A stretch of 64,000 bases of DNA from NCBI GenBank assembly GCA_013265495.1, contig MU057701.1, positions 1,178,001 to 1,242,000 on the forward strand, read 5' to 3'. Below the pieces are notes generated by a model. The model was not told the DNA's origin. It saw only the letters and a program-made list of their open reading frames with translations, and did no database searches. Below, one piece after another: positions 52,100 to 64,000 of this stretch (the stretch's first letter is position 1; the number at the start of each line of letters is the position of its first letter). A program made the position numbers and the translations under genes. This DNA comes from Vicugna vicugna (Eukaryota).

Positions 52100-52640
52100 A
52101 CCTAGAGAGGCCCCCCCGCCAGTGAGAGATGGGTGGCCTTATCAAGCTCCTTTGCGCTGGCTAGGAACTGGCTGCCACTCATAGCTAGAACACCAGTTGC
52201 AGACAAGGCCACTCTGTGAGCATGTTGGATTGAGACAAAAACAAGTTGACTCCATAATCACGTCTGAATGCAGATGACGACATGAACATAGTCCAGAACA
52301 CACAAATGGCCCAATCTTCCTCTAAACTAGCCCATAGGAGTGACTGCTGCTTCTTTATTAGTCATAGCTTTTGCCTTGCGCTGCTCTTATCTTTTAGGAA
52401 TTACTGATACCCAACCATAGTGTTATATCTACCTCCTGAAAGAATCCAATTCAGAGTAAAGCCTGCTGCTTTGACTCTTCCTAACATCACCTCACACAAG
52501 TCCAAATCTTACCGGAAGACCTTTCCATCACCCTCTTGCTGGGACATCTCACGATTCTCATGCATGGTATGCAATTTCTCTCAAAACTCAGCTTTGTTCA
52601 ACTACGTGTGTGTCCCTGGTGATCTTTGGCTGAAGGACAT
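52100..52640 (+). mobile_element. ERV-type solo LTR relic (family not determined)
   Basis: LTR-like composition: agtgactgctgcttcttta...ttgttcaactac...ggtgatctttggctgaaggaca. Confidence 0.45.
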
Positions 52641-52689
52641 AATAGTTTGTATCTCTAAAAGATCAGGGTTCTTCAGTAAACAATACCAT

Positions 52690-54870
52690 TATGACACCTA
52701 AAAATTAACAATATTTTTAAAATATTATCATATATCTAGTTAGTGTTCAAATTTCCCCAGTTGTCTGATTTTTCTTGTAGGATCCAGAATGGTCCATTGT
52801 AGTTAGCTGATATGTTTCTTACATCTTTTTTCATTGATAGACTTTTCCATTTCTTTTTTCCCCTCTGCAGTTTATTTGTTGAAAATAGCAAGTTGTTTGT
52901 TCTGTAGCGTTTTCCATGGTCTAGATTTTACTGATCACATTTCCATGGTGTCCATGTTTTCTGTCCCCTGTTCAGAGGCTTGATAAAATTCAGATTAGCT
53001 TTTTTTTTTTTTAGCAAGAAAGCATCATAGGCAGTAGTGTGTCCTTCCATGAAGAGCCACATCATGTCTGATTATCTCTCTTTTTGTTTGTTAGCAGGCT
53101 TTGACAGTATTCAGCCAGAAGAATTATTTCATTAGAGTGTGCAAAATGGTGATACACTAATTGCATGATTCCTTCTTCATTTGTTATCCAAAATTATCTG
53201 AAGAACAACCCCATTGTCAACTCTTTGGTTACACCAAGGTAGAGTTTGCATAGAAAAGTCAGGATAGATGCTTGATTCTCTCACATTGTTGACCAATTTT
53301 GAAAATAATGGTTTCCTAGCACCTTATAACAGTGAGGTATTTTTCTTTTATTGTTGTTAATTTTTGTTTAAGAATCATCATGAACTCATACATTTAAACA
53401 TATTAGATCCATTGCAAGTGTTTTATTCTTATTGTCTCATTTTTTGGCTATAGGGAAACTGGCTCCTGTGTCTTTTTGCCACAATCCCAATACTCTGATC
53501 GCTTGTGTGCTTGTATTTTACTATTTAAAAATGTCAAGGGAAGAAATAACCCTCATCAGAAAATCTAATGTAAAAAAATAAAATTATAAAGAGGGGAGGG
53601 TATAGCTCAGTAGCAGAGCACGGCGTGCTTAGCATGCACGAGGTCCTGGGGTCCATCCCCAGTGCCTCCATTAAATAAATAAACCTAATTACCTTCCCCC
53701 CAAGTAAAAATTAATTAATTAATTAATTAAAAATAAAATTATAAAAGAATTAAGAGGACTATAGAGAAATGTTTTCATATCACCTGCTTGGAAAAGGTCT
53801 TCCAAGCAAGGCACACAAAATAGGAGCCATAAAGAAAAGACTGAAAAAATTAACTATCTTAAAACTTTAAAGTTCTCTATGGCAAAATTAAGACAAGTGA
53901 CAGCCTAGAAGAAAATACTTAAAACATAAAAGCATAGGATTCTTTTTATATACATAAGCCGACAGCAGATTAATAACTAAACAAAACACAATCAAATAAA
54001 TGGGCAAATAATATGAATAGGTAATTCCCAGAAGAAGAAACAGTGCTGGGGCTGAGGGATGGCTTGAGTGGAGGAGGGGTTGAGGCTCCTCAAAAATGCC
54101 ACCAACCTCCCTCCTACTCTTTGATCTGGACGATTGATGTTTTCTCAGCCTTATGTAAGCTCAATGTCACAATAAGATCTCCCCTCTCTTTCCAACTAGA
54201 TAGCAATCCCTAAATGTCCTTTATATGGGAGTGCTAGAGATTTCATGGTCAATAAATATGAAAAAGATGCACAGCTTTATGAGTTGTAAGGCAACCACCA
54301 ATTAAAACACTGAGGTGTTATTTTGTGCTCATCAGATTGACACAAATTCAAAAACTAATTGTATCCATGTTAGAGAGAGGGTGGGAAACACACTCATCCA
54401 TCTGCACGGTCGCTGGAGCAGCATGCTGGGAAGGCACCTGAGCAGTACCTGTAACAATTCAAATGGACATGCCCTTGGACCCAGCAATTTCACTTCTAGG
54501 ATTTTATCCTACAGAAATGCTCTCACACTTGTGTCCACAAAGCATGTTTCATACAAGGATGTATACCGCACTACTGTTTCTATTACAAAGAATAAAAATG
54601 GAGCAACCAATAAGGGGATGGTTCAGTGAATTATGGCTGAGTTCCATTATGAAATGCCATGCAGCTGTTGAAAAGAAGAACTAAATCTATATCTTCCTCC
54701 TAGAAAGATGTCTGAGATACATTGCTAATTTAGAAAAAGGACAGGTCACAGAAGAGTTTGTTTACTATGATACCAAAACGAAAAGGACTGTTAATAGTGG
54801 TTGCTTCTGGAAGTGAAGAGGGGCAAGGGACTGGGGGGCGGGGATATAACAGAACTTTTGTATTTTATAG
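52690..54870. mobile_element. Old L1 fragments on both strands in MILR1 intron 2 (approximate)
   Basis: gtgttcaaatttccccagttgtc (L1MC-like, -); gacccagcaatttcacttctaggattttatcct (L1ME-like, +). Confidence 0.55.
53591..53728 (+). mobile_element. tRNA-derived SINE (Vic-1-like) with a 17-bp TSD
   Basis: TSD AAAAATAAAATTATAAA at 53574-53590 and 53729-53745. Confidence 0.85.
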
Positions 54871-55422
54871 TAACAATGACCTAGGCTGGCAGTCACTGAT
54901 GGTTCACTATTCATCAGGTGCTTGTCTCAGTCTTGACAACCACCCTCCCAGGGAGGCTCTTTTATTATCCCACTTCATAGAGGACAGAAATTAAGCATAA
55001 AGGGGTTTCCTCAAGTGCCCAGGCTGCCAGCTAGAAAATGGTAGAACCAACGTTAGGGCCCCAACAGGCTAGCTCTATGAAGATAAACTGCCTCCCAGCA
55101 TATATTTCTAATGTTGCTTGAATTATTTTACGATGATTGTGTGTTTATTTTCTAATTTAAAAAACGACAACAGAGAAAGAACCACTTCATTGTAAAAAAC
55201 AATCTCAATATTTTGTCTCTGAGTCTCAGGAAAAATTCTCCAACCCTTTCCCTAAAAATCACTTCATTTTAAACAGTAGGTAATGGAAAAGACTTTCCTC
55301 TTTGGTTGTTCATCTCAAAGCATAGAAAAACCTGTTCACGAATTCTTGTGTTTACAGCCAGCCATCTCTCACCCTTTCTGTGAAAACAGCTTTAGTATGA
55401 GAGGGAAGTAAGTCAAACTTAC

Positions 55423-55618
55423 CATTTGTTTTTCTCATTCTCTTGCAATCCAGTGCTGCTTTTTGAACTGAAAGGGAGAAGAGGAACACGAGAAAACTCT
55501 TTTTCCACATGGCGTTTTGATTTGGAGATTGAAGCCTCAAAACGGTAAGTGAGCCTTGTATGTGACACAAGGGAAAAAAAATGACTCCAAAGAACAGTTT
55601 GTTCAGGAGGCCCCACAT
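55423..55618 (-). CDS. MILR1: MILR1 5' coding region (exon 1, in-frame intron-1 span, and exon 2 at 55467..55423)
   Basis: ORF 55352..55618 reads MWGLLNKLFFGVIFF...VQKAALDCKRMRKTN G|gtaagt. The acceptor ctttcag| before 55467 is present, but there is no consensus donor upstream of it. Confidence 0.75.
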
Positions 55619-55688
55619 TCTCCTGAGTGATGTCAGGGAGGAGAGTGAAGGAGGCGGGGTGGCACCCAGGCGGTATGTCGCTCAGAGA

Positions 55689-55696
55689 ACTTCCTC
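55689..55696 (-). promoter_or_regulatory. PU.1/ETS-like site in the MILR1 proximal promoter
   Basis: GAGGAAGT on the - strand about 70 nt upstream of the first ATG; motif match only. Confidence 0.4.
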
Positions 55697-57339
55697 CTTT
55701 TTGATCAAGTTAAAGAAATCAGAGTTATGTGGACAACCGTGATACAATATGACTGGTTGGGGTGACCTTGTGCTCCTCTCAGCAGAGAGAGATGTGACAG
55801 AGGTGCCTCTGATTCAGGCCAACTGGGAAGTTGCAGTGGGAAAATTAAAAAGTATTGTCTTTATGTAAACCCACCTGATCGTCTCTCTCTGGATTCGTCC
55901 CGTGTCAGAATGAATTGAATGAAAGTTTGGTTTAGTTTTGAGAAGCAGCATTGACTGTCCAGAGAGACACATGGAAACATGGTGGCAGAAATGCCAGATT
56001 GTGTTGAATGCTGGTTCCTAGGCCCCACCCCAGGTTTACTGGGAATGAAACCTGGGACTCTGAATTTTAACAAGGGACCCAGTGGTCTCAGAGTCTGAGA
56101 CCCGAAGTGACTTGTGATTCACTTCTACCCGATCCAGAATTCTCATGACTCTGCAAAATGTATGCCAAAGCAAAGCCACACATTTTGCTTCCCCCAGCCT
56201 GAAGTGGAGAGTAGGAAGTGGTAAGGGGTCCGAAGTGACAGGAGCTGTGACCAGGCTGGGCCGCTTGGGTTATTGATTCTTGTTGCCACCCAGGGTTGGC
56301 CCTGTCGGTCTCTTGCATTCCTGTGGACAGGTGTCCTTTCTGTGAGGAAGACAGGTCCCTGCCCAAGTACCCGTTCTTCCAGAACATCATCCAACCTCAA
56401 TATTAACTCACTCCAGGTGCTCCTTGCTCAGGCTTTCCAGGTCCCAGCCTGTGGTGGTCCTCATTCCCAACCCGACACCTGGCCATCACTGGGGGTCTGA
56501 CCAGATCCAGGGCCTGCTGCCGTCACCCCTATTTCCTCCTTGTCTGGCCACCACTGTCTGGAAGCAAATCATCTTATTTAGCCTTCAGTTCGTAAAAGGC
56601 CTTTTTTCCCTTCTAACGGTAGAAGTTACTCCTCAGGCACTGACTCTTCTAACATAGGTGGTACTTATCGATTGACGGTGATTTCATACTGTGATATTGG
56701 TATCCATTTCTTTCACCAGAGAAGAGGGAGGGAAAAAGCCCCACAAGTTTAATTGAGGTGGGATGACCCTCAATGCCAGAATTTCTGCTAAAGGAAATTG
56801 GAGGTTTCGTTTTTGAAACTTTCCACCAGCATCTCATCCACCCTGGCCTGAGTGGAGGGTGGAGCTGGGTTCCTGAGAATAGTCATGCCTGAGAGAACAG
56901 AGGGCCTTTCCGAAAAGCTGACGTGTCAGGGGCATTTCTGTGTGTGGTACTTTCAGCTGGGGCAGGAAGCTTGTAGACTGCTGCTTGGACACAAAAACAG
57001 CAAAAGAAACCAGAGGAAGAGCTCCTTAGAGCTGTTAGTAAACATTGCTAAGAGTACTTTAGTGAGGCCCTGGAAAAGGAACATAATTTGTCAAAGACTA
57101 CACAGTACATCAGAAGTGATGTCTCAAATGGAAAGGGAAAAAGTTCATCCATGGACCTGGCACATTCCTTAGGTCCCAAATCATGGCAAATCCGCATAGT
57201 CGTGGTCCACAGTGATTCACCATATTGATAAGCTTGATGACAATAAATATAGTCAAACAATAAAGTTGAGATTTCTGTTGTCTAAGATCTTTACACTGAT
57301 AATCTCATTTAATCCTTACAAAACCTCTATGAGGTGTGC

Positions 57340-58040
57340 ACAGGTATTATTAAAAATATTTAACAACCAGTAAAGTAATATGAATATATAACTCAATGCA
57401 TGGATCAAATATTTAAAAGTATATTCCACCACCCCTGCTTTATCTCTAAATAAACTAATCTATATTATAAAACTACTCAACAAGTGATACACATTTTTTT
57501 AATTGAAATATAGTCAGTTACAATGTGTCAGTTTCTGGTGAGTGATATAAATTTTTGAGCAAGTCATTTATAAACCTATTCTCATCATTTCCAAAATTGT
57601 GTTGATGTTTATAAATGGTTGGTGTCGTCTTTTGAGACAGGGCTCGCTGTCTGAGCTGTTCCAATGAATTCCTTGAAACTGGTGGCCATTGGATGATGTG
57701 TAGTCCCAATAAACTGACGATTTCTCTTCATGTCAATGATACTGTTCCTGGTGTTAAATCCTCAACCCCTGATGAACAAACCAATAACAGTGATAAACAT
57801 TTTAAATGTTCCATCCCTTATAATGCTGTTTGAAATTTTTCTATATCCAGTAGTTCTATTATCTTGTATTTCTAAATCACAAAAAATCATTTAATTCATT
57901 GGCTTAATTTCATTTATCCTTCCTCAGAACTTGACACATACCATTTGGTAAAGTGTCAGGATTCTACAAATTTACATGAGTTCTACAAATTTTAATGACT
58001 TTAGTAAATGAATTTAATTAATTAATTAATGCATTTATTT
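57340..58040. mobile_element. Possible hAT-Tip100 (Zaphod-like) DNA transposon relic
   Basis: Begins caggtattattaaaaatatttaacaaccagta, resembling the family terminus as I recall it. Confidence 0.35.
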
Positions 58041-58049
58041 TGCAATATC

Positions 58050-59400
58050 TTATTTTTTAAATTGAAATATAGTTGATGTACAATATTATATGTTACAGAT
58101 ATATAATATAGTAATTCACAATTTTTAAAGGTTATACTCCATTTATAGTTATTATAAAATATTAGCTATATTCCCCATTTTGTGCAATATATCCTTGTAG
58201 CTTATTTTATACCTGATAGTTTGTACCTTTTAATCCACCTCCATCTTGCCCCTCCCTCTTCCCTCTCCCCACTAGTAAGCACTAGTTCCTTCTCTACATC
58301 TGTGAGTCTGTTTCTTTTCTGTCACATTTACTAGTTTGTTGTATTTTTTTAGATTCCACATGTAAGTGATATCTTACAGTAGCTGTCTTTCTCTGACTTA
58401 TTTCACTTAGCATAATGCCCTCCAAGTCCATCCATGCTGTACACCAGGAACTAATATAACATTTTAAATCAACTGCACTTCAATTAAAAAGCAAACAACC
58501 AACCAGCCAACCCATTTAAAGTGTGGGCAGAAGACCTGAATAGACATTTTTCCAAAAGAGGAAATGCAGATGGCCAACAGGAACATGAAAAGTTGCTCAA
58601 CATCACTAATATCAGGGAAATGCAACTCAAAATCACAATGAGATTGTCTCACAGCCTGTCAGAATGGCCATCATCAAAAAGAACACAACAAATGATGGCA
58701 AGGATGTGGAGAAACAGGAACCCTTGTACACTGTTGGTAGGAATGCAAATTGGTGCAGCCACTATGGAAAACAATATGGAGGTTTCTCAAAAACCCAAAA
58801 ATAGAACCACCACATGGCCCAGCAACTCCACTCCTGGGCATATATTTGAGAAAAAACAAAAACATTAATTCAAAAAGATACATACAGCCTGCTATTAAAA
58901 GCAACATTATTTATAATTGCCAAGATACGGAAGTATCCTAAGTGTACATCAACAGATGAATGGATAAAGAAGATATAGCACATATGTGTAATGGAAAATA
59001 ACTCACCCATAAAAAAGAGGGATATTTTGCCATTTGTGGCCCTTCATTCACTTATTTTTTCACTTCAAAAAGCAGAATTTTATAACTGGCATAAGCATTT
59101 CCATTACATCAAAAACAACTGAATACCTAGAAATAAACTTAACCAAGGAGGTTACCTGTTCTCTGAAAAATGTAAAACGCTGATGAAGGAAATTGAAGAT
59201 GATGCAAAGATATGGAAAGATATCTTGTGCTCTTGGACTGGAGGAATCAACATTATCAAAATGGCCGTACTACCCAAAGCAATCTACAGATCCAATGCAA
59301 CCCCTGTCAAAATACTCACAACATTTTTCATAGAACTAGGACAAACAATTCCAAAATGTATGTGGAACCATAAAAGACCTCAAATTGCCAAAACAATCTT
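58050..59400. mobile_element. Cluster of L1 fragments in alternating orientation
   Basis: L1 3' end on - (58050-58440), L1 3' region on + (58440-59040), ORF2 fragment KEIEDDAKIWKDILCSWTGGINIIKMAVLPKAIY on + (59100-59400). Confidence 0.8.
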
Positions 59401-61370
59401 TTGTAGGTCTTTTTTTCTCTTTCTTCTTTTTGTTTTCTTTTCTTATGGTTTGGTGACTAGAGAAGTTCCTTTAACATTTGTTGTAAAACTGGTTTGGTAG
59501 TGCTGAATTCTTTTAGCTTTTGTGTATCTGTGAAACTTTTGATTTCTCCATCAAATCTGACCAGAAGCCTTGCTGGATGCAGTATTCTTGGTTGTACGTT
59601 TTTCCCTTTCATCACTTTAAATATGTCATGCTACTCCCTTCTGGCCTATAGAGTTTCTGCTGACAAATCAGCTGATAACCTTATGGGAGTTCCCTTGTAT
59701 GTTATTTGTTGCTTTTCTCTTGCTAATTTTAATATTTTCTCCTTATCCTTAATTTTTGTCAATTTGATGACTATGTGCCTTGGTGTGTTCCTCTTTGGGT
59801 TGATCCTGTGTGGAACTCTCTGTGCTTCCAGGATTTGGGTGACTGTTTCCTTTCCCAAGTTGGATAAGTTTTCCATTATTATCTCTTCAAAAATTTTCTC
59901 AGGTTCTTTCTCTCTCTCTTCTCTTTCTGGGACCTCTATAATGTGAATACTAGTGCACCTCATGTTGTCCCAGAGTTCTCTTAAACTATCCTCATTTCTT
60001 TTCATTCTTTTTTCTTTTTTCTGTTCTGCAGTAGTAATTTCCACTAATCTGTCTTCTAGCTCATTGATCTGTTCTTCTGCCTCATTTAGTCTATTCTTGG
60101 TTCCTTCTAGTGCATTACTCATTTGCGTGATTTTATTCTTCAACTCTGTTTGAGTATTCTTTATACTTTCCAACTCTTTTCTAAAAACTTCACTCTATGA
60201 ATCTATACTCCTCTTGAGTTCTCTGAACATCTTCACCATCATTAAACTCTCTTGGATAAACTGCCTATGTTCACATCACTTATTTCTTCTTCTGGGATTT
60301 TATTTTGTGCCTTGGCCTGGAAGATACTCGTCTGGCACCTCATATTGTCTATCTTTCTATTTGTATTTTTAGGTAGGTTAGTTACATTTCTTGACCTTGG
60401 AGAAGTGGCCTCTGTGGGAGATGTGCTATGCATCCCAGCAGGACACTCCTTTCTTGTCACCCAAGGGTCAGGGTCCAGCTGGTCCCAGTGTAGAGTCTGG
60501 CCTGTATTTGTGGATTGCTTCCACAGGTTTTGGGATTGTTGTTTTCTTATTTCTAGTATCTTCCCCCTGGTAGATGAGGCTGGACTAGAGACTTAAGCAG
60601 GTTTCCTGGCAGGAGGAGGAGTTGGTGCCTGCCCACTGCTGGGTGAAGCTTGGTCCTGGATGTCTGGTGGGTAGGGCCATGTGTAGATGCATCTGTGGCT
60701 CAGGAAGTCTGCTGATGGGTGGGGCTGTGTTCCCACCCAATCTGTTGTTTGGCCTGATGCTTGTTAGCCCTTAAGCCTTCAGGCTGTTGGGTGGGGATGG
60801 GTATTGGTGCTAATGATCCGATCAAGATGTCAGCCTCCAGGAAAGCTCATGTAAGATGAACACTCCCATAATGTCTGCCACCAGCTTTTATGTCCCGTGG
60901 GTGAGCTGCCACCATCCCCTACCTCCCCAGGAGATTCCCCAAAACCAGCAGGCAGGCCTGGCCCAGGTTCCTATGAAATCACTGCCTCTGTCCTTGGACC
61001 TGGCACATGCGAGATTCAGAGTATGCTTCCCAAGAGAATGAAGTCTCTGTTTCCCCCAGTCCTGTGGGGCTCCTGGAGTTAAGCCCCACTGGCCTTCAAA
61101 ACCAGATGTCTGGGGTCTCCTCCTCCTCCCAATGCTGGAGCCCCGGGCTAGGGGGCCTGACATAGGGGTTAGACCTCTCACTCCTGTGTGAGGGCCTCTG
61201 TGACTTATTCTTCAGCTTGTGGGTTGCCCACCTCGGGGGTATGGGGCCTCAAGCACGCCCCTCCTACCATCCCACTGTGGTTCCCTCTTAATGTTTCCAA
61301 TTGAAGATCTTTTTTGCTAGGTTTCAAGGTTTTGTAGTTGCAAAGAGAGGCAAACTTGGGGTCCTACTTG
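59400..61370 (-). mobile_element. L1 5' UTR and ORF1 remnant
   Basis: ORF 59646..60173 is recognisable L1 ORF1p (coiled coil, then LRELWDN...TPRHIVIKL...YKGTPIRLSADLSAETL), with GC-rich 5' UTR upstream. Confidence 0.9.
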
Positions 61371-61589
61371 ACCAGAAATCCTTAACTTAATTATTTTTAC
61401 TTTGCCCTCAAACTACAAATGCATTTTTATATAATAAATTTTTAAATTATTTAAAATATATTTTTCTCTTGGAATTGATACTTTATTTTGATTTATTACA
61501 AGAAGTCATGCCATATTTCTTCATTTTTATAGAATCTTCCACTTATGTTTCATTTATCAAATTAGTCTGATAAATCTAAATGTATTAAA

Positions 61590-63070
61590 ATAGCCACATG
61601 AAAAGATGTTCAACATTACTAATCATCAGGGAAATTTAAAATCAAAACCACAATGAGATATCACCTCAGAATGGCTATCATACCATCAAAATGATAACAA
61701 CTAACAAGTGTTGACAAGGATGTGGAGAAAACGGAACCCTTGTGCACTGTTGGTGGGAATGTAAATTGGTGCAGCCACTAAGGAAAACAGTATGGAGGTT
61801 CCTCAAAAAATTAAAACTATCATATAATACAGAAATTCCAATTCTAGGTGTTTTTCTGAAGAAAACAAAACACTAATTTGAAAAGATATATGTACCTCTA
61901 TGTTCATTGCAGCATAATTTTTTTTTATTAAAGTATAGTCAGTTTACAGTGTGTCAATTTCTGGTGTACAGCATAGTATTTCAGTCATACATATACATAC
62001 ATGTATTTGTTTTCATATTCTTTTTTATTATAGATTACTATAAGATACTGAATATAGTTCCCTGTGCTATACTGGAGAATCTATTTTATATATAGTTGTT
62101 TATCTATTTTATATATAGTAGTTAGTATTTGCAAATCTCTGTCTCCCAATTTATTCCTTCCCACTCTCTTTCCCCCAAGTAACCATATTTGTTTACTATG
62201 TGTGAGTCTGTTTCTGTTTTGTAGACAAGTTCATTTGTGTCTTTTTTGTTTTTTTTTTAGATTCCACATATCATATGGTATTTTTCTTTCTCTTTCTGGC
62301 TTATTTCACTTAAAATGATGATCTCCACGTCCATCCATATTGCTGCAAATGGCATTATTTTATTCTTTTTATGGCTGTTCAGTATTCCATTGTATAAATA
62401 TACCACAGCTTCTTTATCCAGTCATCTGTCAATGGACATTTAGATTGTTTCCATGTCATGACTATTGTGTATAGTCATTGCAGCATTATTTACAACAGCC
62501 AAGCTATGGAAGCAATCTAAGTGTCCATTGATAGATGAATGGATAAAGAAGATGTGGTATATATACCCAATGGAATATTACTCAGCCATAACAAAGAATG
62601 ATATCTTGCCATTTGCAACAACATGGATGGACGTAGAGGGTATTATGTTAAGTGGAAAAGTCATACAGAGAAAGACAAAAACTGTATCATTTCACAGATA
62701 TGTGTTATCTAAAAAACAAAACAAATAAACAAACATAACAAAACAGAAGCAGACTCATAGATACAGAGAACAAATTGCCAGATTGTTTGAGGGGAGTGAT
62801 TGCCAGAGGGGAGTAGGTGGGGAGGTGAGTGAAATAGGTGAGGCAGAATTAAGAGGTACAAACTTCCAGTTATAAAATAAATAAGTCACATGATATAATG
62901 CACAGTGTAGAGAATATAGTCACTAATATTGTAATAACTTTGTATGGTGACATGGCAACTAGCCTTAACCTGGTGATCATTTTGTAATGTATACAAATGT
63001 AGAATCACTATGTTGTACCCAAGAAACTAACATAATATTGTAAGTCAATTATACTTCAATTCTAAATTAT
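61590..63070 (+). mobile_element. L1 3' end with a nested antisense L1 3' end (61921-62474)
   Basis: The host L1 resumes after the insert; TSD TCATTGCAGCAT at 61904-61915 and 62475-62486. Confidence 0.85.
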
Positions 63071-64000
63071 AAATAAATAAATTAAACTTAAAATTTCTAT
63101 TAGAATATCACTAATTAAGGATAAGTCTCCTCCAGATGTTTCATTTTCCAAAGATCTTACCATTTCCATTAAAATGAACATGAATAAAGACTTTGCAGTT
63201 TCCAAGCTGTGTGGCTGCAGCACCATAAGCTCTCCCTAAGACAGCCTTCCAGTTTTCATTATCTCGATTCCCAAGTCTTGAGGCATATTACTTAATCTTT
63301 ATTTGATGAAATATGGTAGATTGAAAGTTTATCAGGAAAACACTTTAAGTGATTGGCGTGATTCACGTGTTTAATTACATCACCCAGAGATGACTGTGGA
63401 GGGTTTGACACTATCTGTCTGATGACAGGTTCCTAAGCAACAGAGCCTGAGGTGGGACTCTTGAGTAGGTGATTTATTGAGGAAGTGATTGAAGAAGGGA
63501 AGGGGGCTGGTGAGTAGGACAGGACAGGGGAAGAAACCACACAAAGATAAGGGTCCAGCTGAATTTGACCTACTGCTTGCTCTCATGGGGAGATTTGGGA
63601 TGTGAGTTGTATCATGGGGTCTGATCCATCCTCTGGCAAGGGAGCTGGATTTTTACACCCCACCCTCATTGTTGAGTCATTGGTCATGGGCCTGCGGGTG
63701 GTGCACAGAACCACCCAGGTGTCTCTGGACAAGCAAGCTGACCTCCAGGGAGGATGAGCCACTCAACACAGTCTGGAGGAGGAGAGCTGGGCCTGCCCAA
63801 TAGCACTCGCCCACCACCAGACTAAAGGGTCTAGAAACAGTTTGGAAAATCTTGGCTGAAACTTTAGATTGCCCAGATTTCCTCTCTACCCTGCTCTAGT
63901 GCTCCTACTCTGTACAAAATCCAGAAAGGTTTTCATGAAACATCACTGAAACCATATTTCTCAACCCTGACAGTAAAATGTGGGTATAGTATTTCACATG

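Larger units (their letters stand above)
40007..55618 (-). other. MILR1: MILR1 (allergin-1, mast cell Ig-like receptor 1): two Ig domains, TM segment and ITIM-like tail
   Basis: Phase-1 exon chain giving 340 aa from ATG 55510, or 376 aa from ATG 55618 if intron 1 is unspliced. Ig cysteine pairs, TM LLLPGLLLVLMVIILILALWML, tyrosine motifs IYANI, IHYVTPV and YVYSEL. Position next to POLG2 fits known synteny. Confidence 0.92.

Overview
This is mammalian genomic DNA, probably from a camelid (inferred from the tRNA-derived SINEs and the young L1 3' end; not verified by search). It carries the gene block CEP95(-) <- bidirectional CpG island -> DDX5(+) -> POLG2(+) -> <- MILR1(-). I reconstructed the exon chains by hand from GT-AG sites and reading frame. 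DDX5 is complete (13 exons, 1845 nt, 614 aa) and POLG2 is complete (8 exons, 1461 nt, 486 aa). MILR1/allergin-1 has a complete CDS with an unusual 5' end, and only coding exons 1-4 of CEP95 are in the window. DDX5 intron 11 is repeat-free and holds sequences matching miR-3064 and miR-5047, hairpins and cryptic splice sites. The remainder is largely L1, L2, MIR, LTR, DNA-transposon and SINE relics. I see no prokaryote-type system such as CRISPR. The most interesting observations are: (1) MILR1 intron 1 has no consensus donor and reads through in frame, with its polypyrimidine tract encoding a signal-peptide-like h-region after a second ATG; (2) DDX5 intron 11 places its branch point and pyrimidine tract upstream of a miRNA hairpin that abuts the 3' splice site; (3) one MILR1 coding exon derives from a MIR; (4) a 48-bp insert is flanked by a perfect 24-bp duplication.
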